This document shows positions 39,144 to 48,773 of a stretch of DNA of 64,000 bases, in pieces. Under the pieces are notes generated by a model. The model saw nothing but the letters and a program-made list of their open reading frames with translations. It did no database searches and was not told the origin of the DNA. Origin of the DNA: Fidelibacterota bacterium (lineage in GTDB: Bacteria; Fidelibacterota; Marinisomatia; Marinisomatales; TCS56); the NCBI GenBank assembly GCA_043822705.1, contig JBDRBK010000060.1:26529-90528 (forward strand), written 5' to 3'. The position numbers and the translations under genes were made by a program. Position 1 is the first letter of the stretch. Every line of letters starts with the position of its first letter.

Positions 39144-39312
39144 TATTGTCGAAGGAAAATGTGATTTTTGCGGTACCTGTGTCGGCGTCTGCCCGGTCGA
39201 TTGTATCGAGCTGCGTGAGACGGTCATCCGGATCGATCAGGAACTTTGTAGCGACTGTGAATTGTGTGTTTACATCTGTCCGATCGAGGTATTAAAACAT
39301 GTGGCGGAATAA
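39136..39312 (+). CDS. 2[4Fe-4S] ferredoxin
   Basis: CDFCGTCVGVCP and CSDCELCVYICP motifs. TTG start 6 nt after GGAG. Confidence 0.9.
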   Translation: MINIVEGKCDFCGTCVGVCPVDCIELRETVIRIDQELCSDCELCVYICPIEVLKHVAE

Positions 39313-40486
39313 AAAATTCGATGTGGTGATAGTCGGAGGCGGTCCGGCCGGATCGACCTTTGCCCTGCAGGCCGCCCGCGGCGGTCTGGCGGTTCTGCTA
39401 CTGGAAAAAGACCGCGATATCGGCATGCCGGTCCGTTGCGGTGAGGCGGTTAGCGATGCCGGGTTGCGGATTTTCCACGAGCCGCAGGCGCGCTGGATCA
39501 AAACGACAATCAACCGCATCAAATTGGTGGCGCCGAATGAAACCACGATCGAGTTTGACCTGCAGGACAAGGGTTATATTCTTGACCGCAGGATTTTCGA
39601 CTACGATCTGGCCCATCTGGCAGCCGCGGCCGGGGCGCAGATTGTCACCAAGGCATATGTTGACGGACTGATCATTGACGATGACCGGGTTGCGGGCGTG
39701 ACCGGTCAGTATCTCGGCGAACCATTCACGGTTCATTCCAAGTTGGTGGTGGGTGCCGACGGGGTCGAGAGCCGGGTCGGTCGCTGGGCCGGTATCCGCA
39801 CCCAGTTGAAGCTCAAGGACATGGAATCGGCGATCCAGAAGACCGTTTCCGGCATCGCCGTTCGTGAAAATATGTTTGAATTTCATATGTCGATGAAATG
39901 GGCGCCGGGCGGTTATGTGTGGGTATTTCCCAAGGGACCGACTTCCGCCAATATCGGGCTCGGCATTTCCGGTATCTATGCCCGGGACGGCAAGTCCGCC
40001 CAGCGTTACCTGGACGAATTTATCGACCGCAACTTCCCAGACTGCTCGGTACTGACGACGGTCGCCGGCGGTGTGCCCGTTGATAAAACGTTGAAACAGT
40101 TGACCACCGACGGACTGATGCTGGTGGGCGATGCCGCTCATACCGTCAACCCCATGACCGGCGGCGGAATCATCTCGGGCATGCGCAGCGGATTGCTGGC
40201 AGCCGAGGCGGCGGTAGCGACCCTGAACGCCGGAAAGCAGCCGACCCGCGCCAACCTGGCAGCCTATGAAAAGAACTGGCATAAAATCGGCGGTAAAAAT
40301 CATGAACGTTTTTACCGCATCAAGGAGACGATCTTCAAATTTACCGATGATGAATTGAACCGGATTGCCGACGGTATCGCCGCCGTGCCGGAAGTCGACC
40401 GGACTTTACTGAAACTATTTTCCGTGGCCGTCAGGAAGAAACCATCGCTGTTGATCGACGTCGCCCGCCTGTTCGCAGGTATCTGA
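39299..40486 (+). CDS. Geranylgeranyl reductase-family flavoprotein (archaeal DGGGPL-reductase-like)
   Basis: GGGPAG, PVRCGEAVS, GADGVES, PGGYVWVFPKG and VGDAA..VNP.TGGGI motifs. Confidence 0.88.
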   Translation: MWRNKKFDVVIVGGGPAGSTFALQAARGGLAVLLLEKDRDIGMPVRCGEAVSDAGLRIFHEPQARWIKTTINRIKLVAPNETTIEFDLQDKGYILDRRIFDYDLAHLAAAAGAQIVTKAYVDGLIIDDDRVAGVTGQYLGEPFTVHSKLVVGADGVESRVGRWAGIRTQLKLKDMESAIQKTVSGIAVRENMFEFHMSMKWAPGGYVWVFPKGPTSANIGLGISGIYARDGKSAQRYLDEFIDRNFPDCSVLTTVAGGVPVDKTLKQLTTDGLMLVGDAAHTVNPMTGGGIISGMRSGLLAAEAAVATLNAGKQPTRANLAAYEKNWHKIGGKNHERFYRIKETIFKFTDDELNRIADGIAAVPEVDRTLLKLFSVAVRKKPSLLIDVARLFAGI

Positions 40487-43305
40487 TGGACCGTCTGCAA
40501 CTGCTCGAGGCGCTCAACCTTTCCACTTTTATCGCCTTCGATTTCGAAACCACCGGTCTGAGCGCCGATGATGATCGCCTGATCGAAATCGCCGCCATCC
40601 GTTTCGTAAACGGTCAGGCGCAGGATCGGTTCGTCACGCTGGTCAATCCCGGCATGGAAATTTCCCCCTTGATTGCCGATATTACCGGTATCACCAACGC
40701 CATGGTCAAAGATGCGCCGGCAGAGGAGGACGTTGTCGACGAATTCCTGAAATTTCTGGGCTCGGCGCCCCTGGTGGCCCATAATATTCCTTTCGACCTG
40801 GCCTTTCTGAAGGCGCTCCGTCAGCGTTACGGAAAACCGGATGTCGCCCACGATCTGTACGACACGCTGCAGCTTAGCCGGGTTTTTCTGTTTTTCCGTC
40901 CCGCCCATAACCTGGGCAGCGTAGCCGAATTTTTTAATCTCAATGCCGATGATGCCCACCGGGCCGAGTCCGATACTGAAAACTGCGGCCAGGTTTTTCT
41001 CAGCCTGGTCGAAGAGGCCGCCAGCTATCCGCTGGGTGTGGTCACCAAGCTACTGGAAATCCTCAAACATGTCGATGTTCATAACAAGGCCTTTTACGTC
41101 AATCTGGCCAATGCCCTGACCCGCACCGGCGACCTGAAGAACGGCCTGGTGAAATCGACGATCGAAAAACCGGTCAACGATAATCTGTATATTCATCGCG
41201 GCAGCCGCGATTCGGTCGATTTTTCGGTCCGGGAAGTATTCGGACCGGATGGCGTCCTGAAAAAGACGCTGGCCAATTTCGAGTATCGTTCCCAGCAATT
41301 GGAATATGCCGAATTTGTGGATCAGGCCCTGGGCGACAACCGGATTGCCGTAGTCGAGGCCGGGACCGGCCTGGGCAAGACCCAGGCCTACCTCTATCCG
41401 TCGATCAAACGCACCTTCAATAAGGAAGACCAGGGTCCGACGATCATCTCCTGCCACACCAAGCATTTGCAGGACCAGCTTTTTTATAAGGACCTGCCGA
41501 TGCTGGCCGAGGCGCTGGATCTGTCACTGCAGGCGGTGATGCTGAAGGGCCGTAACAATTATATCTGCCGGACCCGGCTGGGCTGGGTGATCGCTGACGC
41601 CGGCAGGAATCTGAATCCGCTGGAGGCGGAAAGCCTGTTGCCGCTGGTGATCTGGCTGGAATGGACCCAAACCGGCGATCTGTCGGAATGCACCGGCTTC
41701 TGGAGTTTTCGCCAGAACCGGATCGCCGCCATGATCCGCAGTGAACCGGGTTTCTGTACGTCACCGCTATGTGCCCGCCACCAGGGTTGCTTTTTCGGGC
41801 CCCTGCGCCGCAATACTTTCAACGCGCGGGTGATTGTCGTTAATCACGCCCTGCTGCTGGCGGAAACCAGAAATCCCGGCGTTCTGCCGCCATTCAGTTC
41901 GGTCGTGATCGATGAGGCGCACAACCTGGTCAGCGCCGCCTATGGCCAGTTCACGCTGGCCGTGGATCAAAACCTGATCACCGGTTTGATCCAGCGCATC
42001 GACCTGGATTCAGCCGGGGCGGTACGGCTGAAAAACAGACTGACCGAGCTGGCCAAGCTTCATTCAGGACTGGAACGGCCGCTGGCGGACCTGCTCCACG
42101 ATACGGCTCGCGCCCATTCCGCCAACCGCTCCTTTTTCGACGAATATACCGCCCAGGTCGGCAGCCGCTTCCGGGTCGATTCGCCCTATACCGAGAAACA
42201 CCTGATCGAATCGCTGGCAGAGGAATTTTCCGCCGTCGATCAGGAATTAAAGGCCCTCGAACTGACGCTCAAAGAACTGGTTCTGACGTTGCAGAAAATC
42301 GAGCGGGAACTGAATAAAATCGACTCCGACCAGAATGATTACACCGACCTGATCCAGGTATTCGAACAGGCGCGCCAGCAATTCGGCGAGTTGCTGGAAA
42401 ACCTGGCCAGCCTTACCCGCCGGCAGCAGGACGACTGGGTCTACTGGCAGGAAGGCTACTACCGCACTTTCGGTCGCAAGCAACCGGAACTGACCCTGAA
42501 TCTCTGCGCCGCGCCGGTGGATGTTTCCGGAGCCCTGGTCGATTCGCTGTTTGCCGCTCTGGACAGTGCCGTCCTGACCTCGGCCACCCTGCGCATCGAC
42601 GATTCCTTCGAATATTTTCTCCACCGCACCGGCCTGGACCGGCCGGAGCTGACCAATGTGGTGACCACCGATATCGCCAGCCCGTTTTACTATCAGGACC
42701 AGGTAAAATATTTTCAGTTGGGCGGCGCCCAGAACGGCAGCAAAGATCCGGTATTTATCGCCGAACTGATATATCAGTGCCATAAACATTACGGCAAGCG
42801 GATGATGGTACTGTTCACTTCCTGGGCGATGCTGAACGGCTGCTACAATGCCCTGCGCCAGAAACCGGAGGGGCGCAGCCTGCCGATTTACGCTCAGCGC
42901 GCCACCACTTCGCGCTATGCCCTGATCAAGGGCATGTCCGAGACGCCCAACGGCATCCTACTGGGGACTGACGCCTTCTGGGAGGGCATCGATCTGCCGG
43001 GCGAGCTGCTGGAAATCCTGATCATCACCAAACTGCCTTTCGCCGTACCCAGCGAACCGCTGATCAAAGCCTATTCGGACCTGTTGAACCGGCAGGGACG
43101 CAATTCCTTTCTGGAATTCTCGGTCCCGGAGGCGGTGATCAAATTCCGCCAGGGCTTCGGCCGCCTGATCCGTTCCACCACCGACGAAGGTATTTTCATT
43201 GTCCTGGACGAACGGATTGTCGCCAAACGCTACGGCAGCTATTTCCGCGATGTCATCCCGACCCCGATGTCGGTGTTCCAGTCGATTCACGAACTGCTGT
43301 TCTGA
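40486..43305 (+). CDS. dinG: DnaQ-exonuclease-DinG helicase fusion
   Basis: N-terminal FDFETTG/HNIPFD/HRAESD exonuclease motifs. Helicase motifs EAGTGLGKT, DEAH, SATL, FWEGID and QGFGRLIR. Confidence 0.9.
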   Translation: MDRLQLLEALNLSTFIAFDFETTGLSADDDRLIEIAAIRFVNGQAQDRFVTLVNPGMEISPLIADITGITNAMVKDAPAEEDVVDEFLKFLGSAPLVAHNIPFDLAFLKALRQRYGKPDVAHDLYDTLQLSRVFLFFRPAHNLGSVAEFFNLNADDAHRAESDTENCGQVFLSLVEEAASYPLGVVTKLLEILKHVDVHNKAFYVNLANALTRTGDLKNGLVKSTIEKPVNDNLYIHRGSRDSVDFSVREVFGPDGVLKKTLANFEYRSQQLEYAEFVDQALGDNRIAVVEAGTGLGKTQAYLYPSIKRTFNKEDQGPTIISCHTKHLQDQLFYKDLPMLAEALDLSLQAVMLKGRNNYICRTRLGWVIADAGRNLNPLEAESLLPLVIWLEWTQTGDLSECTGFWSFRQNRIAAMIRSEPGFCTSPLCARHQGCFFGPLRRNTFNARVIVVNHALLLAETRNPGVLPPFSSVVIDEAHNLVSAAYGQFTLAVDQNLITGLIQRIDLDSAGAVRLKNRLTELAKLHSGLERPLADLLHDTARAHSANRSFFDEYTAQVGSRFRVDSPYTEKHLIESLAEEFSAVDQELKALELTLKELVLTLQKIERELNKIDSDQNDYTDLIQVFEQARQQFGELLENLASLTRRQQDDWVYWQEGYYRTFGRKQPELTLNLCAAPVDVSGALVDSLFAALDSAVLTSATLRIDDSFEYFLHRTGLDRPELTNVVTTDIASPFYYQDQVKYFQLGGAQNGSKDPVFIAELIYQCHKHYGKRMMVLFTSWAMLNGCYNALRQKPEGRSLPIYAQRATTSRYALIKGMSETPNGILLGTDAFWEGIDLPGELLEILIITKLPFAVPSEPLIKAYSDLLNRQGRNSFLEFSVPEAVIKFRQGFGRLIRSTTDEGIFIVLDERIVAKRYGSYFRDVIPTPMSVFQSIHELLF

Positions 43306-43575
43306 TTAACCACGCCATTATCCTTGAAGGGATAATCTGGAATCAATCACTGGGATTCCGGTGATTTTGACCTGTCAGTGACCTGTCGGTGTCTGAATTT
43401 TGTACCAATAATTATACCCAATCCCTCTGCTTTGGACCGCTTGAATTATTGGATGGTCGTTGCGGCAGTTCTAAATTCTTGACCGATAACTCGAGATTTT
43501 ATATCGGAATGAGACTGCCCGTGGGGGTTACTGCTGATCTAAATTTAGTGATACCAACCAACTAAGGAGACAGGC

Positions 43576-45099
43576 ATGGCTATCGTATTGGAAGGTTCCG
43601 GATTAACCATTGATCAACTGGTAAGGGTGGCGCGCTTCGGGGAAAAAGTGGAACTGCACCCGCAGGCGCTGGAGCGGATTAAAATCTGCCGCAAGATGTT
43701 GGAAGAGAAGGTCGTCGCGCATGAAATCATGTATGGCGTCAATACCGGCATCGGTGAATTTTCCGAGGTGGTTCTCAACGACGACCAGGTCAAGGATTTC
43801 CAGAAATACCTGATTTATAACCACGCCGCCGGCATCGGCGACCCGGCCCCGATCGAATATATCCGCGGTGCGATGGTGGGTCGGATCAATGTCCATGCCC
43901 ACGGCAACTCCGGTTGCCGGCCGGAGATCACCCAGACCCTGGTGGATATGCTCAACAAGGGCGTGACGCCGGTGGTCTGTCAGAAAGGTTCGGTGGGGGC
44001 CTGCGGCGACCTGGCGCCCATGTCGCAGATCGCCCTGCTGATGATGGGCGAGGGTGAGGCCTACTACCAAGGCGAAAGATTACCGGGGCAGGTCGCCCTG
44101 GAAAAAGCTGGTATCCCGATTCCCGGCCTGCAGGCCCGGGACGGGCTGGCCACCATCAACGGTTCTAATCTGCTGACGGCCATGAGCGCAATCCAACTCT
44201 ACGACATCAACCGCTGGCTGAAACAGGCCGAGATTGGTGCCGCCATGACGATCGAAGCGCTGATGGGTAACCTGAAGCCCTATGATGTGCGCCTGCATCA
44301 GGTGCGCGGATTCGCCGGGGCGGTCCGCACCGCCAATGCGATTAATAAATGCATCGCCGGCAGCGATCTCCAGACCGGCAAATTGAAAGTCAAGGTACAG
44401 GACGCCTATTCGATGCGCTCGACACCGCAGGTGATCGGTGCCGCCCACGATGCGGTGCGCTATGCCCGCCAGCAGGTGGAAATCGAATTGAACGGAGTCG
44501 GCGACAACCCGATTTTCCTGCCCGAATTCAGACTGACCCTCACCGGCGCCAATTTTCAGGGAACGCCGGTCTGCCTGCCGATGGATATGATCGGGGCGGC
44601 CGTGACAATGGTCAGCGTATTGTCGGAACGGCGTCTGAACCGGTTGACCAATCCGGCGCTCAGCGTCGGTCTGCCGTCATTTTTGACCAAAGGCGCCGGC
44701 ATGTTTTCGGGCATGATGCTGAGCCAGTACACCGCCGACACACTGATCGTCGAACAGCGGATCTTGTCCGCGCCGGCTTCGATCCAGTCGATTCCGGCCG
44801 CCGCCGATCAGGAGGATTTCGTATCGATGGGAATGAACACGGCCATTAAAACCGGACAGATTCTTGAAAATGCCTACGGCGTGCTGGGGATCGAATTCAT
44901 GGCCGCCGCCCAGGGACTGGATTTCCGTGAATTCCAGCCCGGCATGGGTGTGCAGACTGCCCGCGAAGTAGTCCGGCGGCATGTTAAATTCCTGGATGTG
45001 GACCGGCCGCTCTATCCCGATCACACGAACATGATGGCAGTGGTGAAATCGGGCGAAATCCTGGAAGCCGTCGAAGCAGCGGTCGGCAGCCTGGAGTAA
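43576..45099 (+). CDS. Aromatic amino acid ammonia-lyase (HAL/PAL family), substrate uncertain
   Basis: MYGVNTGIG, GSVGACGDLAP, QDAYSMR, ANFQG and QEDFVSMG motifs. Confidence 0.88.
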   Translation: MAIVLEGSGLTIDQLVRVARFGEKVELHPQALERIKICRKMLEEKVVAHEIMYGVNTGIGEFSEVVLNDDQVKDFQKYLIYNHAAGIGDPAPIEYIRGAMVGRINVHAHGNSGCRPEITQTLVDMLNKGVTPVVCQKGSVGACGDLAPMSQIALLMMGEGEAYYQGERLPGQVALEKAGIPIPGLQARDGLATINGSNLLTAMSAIQLYDINRWLKQAEIGAAMTIEALMGNLKPYDVRLHQVRGFAGAVRTANAINKCIAGSDLQTGKLKVKVQDAYSMRSTPQVIGAAHDAVRYARQQVEIELNGVGDNPIFLPEFRLTLTGANFQGTPVCLPMDMIGAAVTMVSVLSERRLNRLTNPALSVGLPSFLTKGAGMFSGMMLSQYTADTLIVEQRILSAPASIQSIPAAADQEDFVSMGMNTAIKTGQILENAYGVLGIEFMAAAQGLDFREFQPGMGVQTAREVVRRHVKFLDVDRPLYPDHTNMMAVVKSGEILEAVEAAVGSLE

Positions 45100-45145
45100 G
45101 GGACGAACATTTTCCATAATAATTTGAAAAAACCGGAGTGCGGTA

Positions 45146-46615
45146 ATGAAAAACCGACCACCATTTAAACTGGCACTTACTTTCGATGACGTATTGCTGG
45201 TGCCCCAGGCATCGCAGGTGCTGCCGCGGGATGTGGACCTCACAACGAAACTTACCGACTCGATCAGGTTGAATATTCCCATAATATCCGCCGCCATGGA
45301 TACGGTCACCGAAATTGCCATGGCCAAGGCCCTGGCACGGGAGGGGGGAATGGGGATCATCCACAAGAACCTGTCGATCGAGCAGCAGGCTGGCATGGTG
45401 GATCAGGTCAAGCGCTCCGAAAGTGGCATGATCATGAATCCGATCACCCTGACGGCCGACAAGACAATTCGCGAGGCCCGGGAACTGATGAGCCGTTACC
45501 GGATATCGGGGCTGCCGGTTGTGGAAGACAACCGGCTGGTGGGAATCCTGACCAACCGTGATATCCGTTTCGAGACCGATCTCAGTCTGCTGGTCAGCGA
45601 CCGGATGACGGCCGATAATCTGGTGACGGTACCGTTGGGTACGACTCTGGACAAGGCCAAGGAAATCCTCCAGAAGCACCGGATCGAGAAACTGCTGGTG
45701 GTGGACGGCAACGGCGCACTGGCGGGATTGATAACGGTCAAGGATATTCAGAAAAAAGAACAATTTCCCAATGCCAGCAAGGATGAAAACGGCCGCTTGC
45801 GGGTCGGCGCCGCCGTCGGTGTTGCCGGCGATACGCTGGAACGGGCCCAGGCTTTGGCCGCGGCCCATGTGGATGTGATCGTGATCGACACCGCCCACGG
45901 CCACTCCGCCGGAGTGCTCAAAATGGTCAGAACAATCAAGCAGTCCGTCTCCGGCATCAACCTGATTGCCGGCAATGTCGCCACCGCCGCCGGGACCAAG
46001 GCGCTGATCGATGCCGGTGTGGATTGCGTGAAAGTCGGCATCGGTGCCGGTGCCAGTTGCACGACCCGGATTATTGCCGGTATCGGTGTTCCGCAATTAA
46101 CCGCCATCATGGAATGTGTCGATGAGGCGCAACGCCATAATATGCCGATCATCGCCGACGGCGGCATTCGTTACAGCGGCGATATCGCCAAATCACTGGC
46201 CGCCGGCGCCAATACGGTCATGCTGGGCAGTCTGCTGGCCGGCATGGATGAGAGTCCGGGCGAGACTATTCTATACGAGGGACGTCAGTATAAATCATAT
46301 CGCGGCATGGGATCGCTGGGAGCAATGAAACAGGGCAGCGGCGACCGTTATTTCCAGGAAGGCGCCGAAGCCGCCAAACTGGTGCCGGAAGGAATCGAGG
46401 GCATGGTACCCTACCGGGGGTCGGTTCGGAATACGATTCACCAGATGCTGGGTGGTATTCGGGCGGCGATGGGTTACAGCGGAGTGCGGACGATCGAGGA
46501 ATTTCACCGCGGCAGCGAATTTGTGCAGATCACCACTGCCGGTATAAAAGAAAGCCACCCCCACGAAGTACGGATCGTGAAGGAGGCTCCTAATTATCAG
46601 ATTTCGGAAAGTTAG
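45146..46615 (+). CDS. guaB: IMP dehydrogenase
   Basis: [21 protein letters not shown] pair, GASCTTR and YRGMGS motifs. Confidence 0.97.
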   Translation: MKNRPPFKLALTFDDVLLVPQASQVLPRDVDLTTKLTDSIRLNIPIISAAMDTVTEIAMAKALAREGGMGIIHKNLSIEQQAGMVDQVKRSESGMIMNPITLTADKTIREARELMSRYRISGLPVVEDNRLVGILTNRDIRFETDLSLLVSDRMTADNLVTVPLGTTLDKAKEILQKHRIEKLLVVDGNGALAGLITVKDIQKKEQFPNASKDENGRLRVGAAVGVAGDTLERAQALAAAHVDVIVIDTAHGHSAGVLKMVRTIKQSVSGINLIAGNVATAAGTKALIDAGVDCVKVGIGAGASCTTRIIAGIGVPQLTAIMECVDEAQRHNMPIIADGGIRYSGDIAKSLAAGANTVMLGSLLAGMDESPGETILYEGRQYKSYRGMGSLGAMKQGSGDRYFQEGAEAAKLVPEGIEGMVPYRGSVRNTIHQMLGGIRAAMGYSGVRTIEEFHRGSEFVQITTAGIKESHPHEVRIVKEAPNYQISES

Positions 46616-46875
46616 GCTTTCTGTAAACCGTTCAAATGCCGCGTGATCTGCGACTTGCGCCGGGCTGCGGTATTTTTGTGGATCAAGCCGCTGACGGCCA
46701 TTTTATCGATTGTTGAAACGGCCTGACCGTAAAATTTTTCGGCATCGGCGATAACTGTCGTATCCAATACCTTTTTTACAGCTGAACGTAACTTTGACAT
46801 ATTGCGCACATTGACTGCGCGACGTTTCAGGTCCTGTCGTTGACGCTTGATCTGCGATGCGTGTCTGTCTACCAT
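46612..46875 (-). CDS. rpsT: 30S ribosomal protein S20
   Basis: Basic 87 aa protein with [11 protein letters not shown]. Confidence 0.93.
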   Translation of the reverse strand: MVDRHASQIKRQRQDLKRRAVNVRNMSKLRSAVKKVLDTTVIADAEKFYGQAVSTIDKMAVSGLIHKNTAARRKSQITRHLNGLQKA

Positions 46876-47077
46876 ATTGAAATTATTCCTTAATCATAAA
46901 TATAGAGCCCGCAAAATTATCGCCGTCAGGACTTGATGTCAATCAATGGAATTATAATAACCGGATTAATGTAAGATGCAATTCCAGCAGTTAGGTAGTG
47001 GACCGAATCAGGATGTCTATTATAATTCGGTATCCGCCTTGACTCTGCTCGGCCGGACGGCCTAAATTCGTCTTCCT

Positions 47078-47446
47078 ATGGGCGTCATACGATTAAAAAA
47101 TATGCAGTTTTACGGTTATCACGGTGTTCACGATTCGGAGCGGGGACTGGGTGGAAAATTCGAGGTCGATTTGGAATTATACGTTTCTTTGAAGAAATCG
47201 ATCGCCAGCGACGACCTGCGGGATACGATCGATTACCAGGCGGTTTATGATACCGTTGAACACAGCCTGCAGAAACATAAATTTTACCTGCTGGAAGCGC
47301 TGGCCGGTCATATCGCCCAGGCTCTACTGAAAAATTTTCATATTGACAGTCTGCTGATTCGTGTACGCAAACCGCATGCCCCGGTGCGTGGTGTTCTGGA
47401 TACGGTCGAAGTGGAAATCGAACGCCACCGGTCCGATTATGAGTGA
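47078..47446 (+). CDS. folB: Dihydroneopterin aldolase
   Basis: FYGYHGV...ER, TIDY, LLEALA and RKP motifs. Confidence 0.93.
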   Translation: MGVIRLKNMQFYGYHGVHDSERGLGGKFEVDLELYVSLKKSIASDDLRDTIDYQAVYDTVEHSLQKHKFYLLEALAGHIAQALLKNFHIDSLLIRVRKPHAPVRGVLDTVEVEIERHRSDYE

Positions 47447-47945
47447 ATTGGTCTTCCTGTCACTCGGCTCCAACCAGGGTGACCGGGAAACATTCATCCG
47501 GAACGCCGTAGCCGAATTGCGGCAACATCCCGCGATCGAGTTTGAAAATTCATCGCCGATTTTCGAGACCGAGCCGTTATATAACCGCGAACAACCGGCT
47601 TTCCTGAATGCGGTCGTGGCGATCCGGACCATCCTGAAACCGTTGGAGCTGCTGGATTACATCAGCCGGCTGGAAGCCGCCGCCGGCCGCCCAGCCCTGC
47701 GGTCGAAAAACCAGCCCCGGTCGCTTGATATCGATATTCTGAGTTACAGCGATCATGTACATCAGGATGAAAGATTAACCATTCCCCATCCGGACCTGCA
47801 CCGGCGCCGCTTCGTGCTGGCGCCGTGGAATGAAATCGCACCGGAGCATACCATTGCCGGGGAGCGCAGGAGCGTTCGGGAATTATTACAAACCTGCCCG
47901 GATAGCTCGCAGGTCAAAATCGCTGAAATGGAACGTATAGCATGA
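47439..47945 (+). CDS. folK: HPPK (6-hydroxymethyl-7,8-dihydropterin pyrophosphokinase)
   Basis: LSLGSNQG, FLNAV, PRSLDIDIL and IPHP...RRFVL motifs. Confidence 0.93.
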   Translation: MSELVFLSLGSNQGDRETFIRNAVAELRQHPAIEFENSSPIFETEPLYNREQPAFLNAVVAIRTILKPLELLDYISRLEAAAGRPALRSKNQPRSLDIDILSYSDHVHQDERLTIPHPDLHRRRFVLAPWNEIAPEHTIAGERRSVRELLQTCPDSSQVKIAEMERIA

Positions 47946-48583
47946 GAAACCTGTATTATATCGCGATCGAAGGTCCGATCGGTGTCGGTAAAACCAGCCT
48001 GTCCCGGTTGCTGGCGGAGCGGCTGGGCGCCCGGCATGTAACCGAGGAATTCGAAGACAATCCTTTTTTACCGGATTTCTACCGCAACCCCGAGCAGTAT
48101 GCTTTCCAGACCCAATTGTTTTTTCTCCTGCAACGCTATCAGCAGCAGCAGGAACTGCGCCAGGTGGATATGTTCCACAACCTGCTGGTGACCGATTACA
48201 TGTTTGTGAAAGATCGGCTGTTCGCTTCATTGAATCTCAATGAAAAAGAGATGAGCCTGTACGATACGGTGGCCAATCTGCTGGAAAAAAACATCATCAA
48301 TCCTGACCTGGTGATCTACCTCCAGGCCGATACCGATTCGCTGATGAGGCGGATCTCGCAGCGCGGCCGCAGCTACGAATCGGATATGGACCGCAATTAT
48401 ATCGATGCCCTGAATCAGGTTTATAACGAATATTTTTTCCGCTATAAGGATACGCCGCTGATCATTATTAATACTAACAATATCGATTTCGTCCACAATC
48501 CGAACGATCTGGAAGAGGTCATCAAATGTATCCGCCAGCCGGTGACCGGCACTAAATTTTTCAATCCCGCCACCGCCTTCTGA
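47942..48583 (+). CDS. Deoxynucleoside kinase
   Basis: IEGPIGVGKT and QLFFLLQR motifs. Typical folK neighbour. Confidence 0.92.
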   Translation: MRNLYYIAIEGPIGVGKTSLSRLLAERLGARHVTEEFEDNPFLPDFYRNPEQYAFQTQLFFLLQRYQQQQELRQVDMFHNLLVTDYMFVKDRLFASLNLNEKEMSLYDTVANLLEKNIINPDLVIYLQADTDSLMRRISQRGRSYESDMDRNYIDALNQVYNEYFFRYKDTPLIIINTNNIDFVHNPNDLEEVIKCIRQPVTGTKFFNPATAF

Positions 48584-48759
48584 TGATTAAATTCCTGTTA
48601 TACGGCGTCATCGTCTATCTGGGCTACCGGATTTTCAAATATATGTCGAATCTGCAGATATCAGCATCGGTTAAATCCAAGTCCAAAAAAAACGGAGACA
48701 AGAAACCGTATTCGAAATTTGATATTCAGGATGCCGAATTCAAAGATATCGATGAATAG
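48583..48759 (+). CDS. Small membrane-anchored protein (58 aa), not in the ORF track
   Basis: MIKFLLYGVIVYLGYRIFK...DIQDAEFKDIDE. TGATG overlap with the upstream stop. Confidence 0.7.
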   Translation: MIKFLLYGVIVYLGYRIFKYMSNLQISASVKSKSKKNGDKKPYSKFDIQDAEFKDIDE

Positions 48760-48773
48760 GGGGCGGTGGTAGG

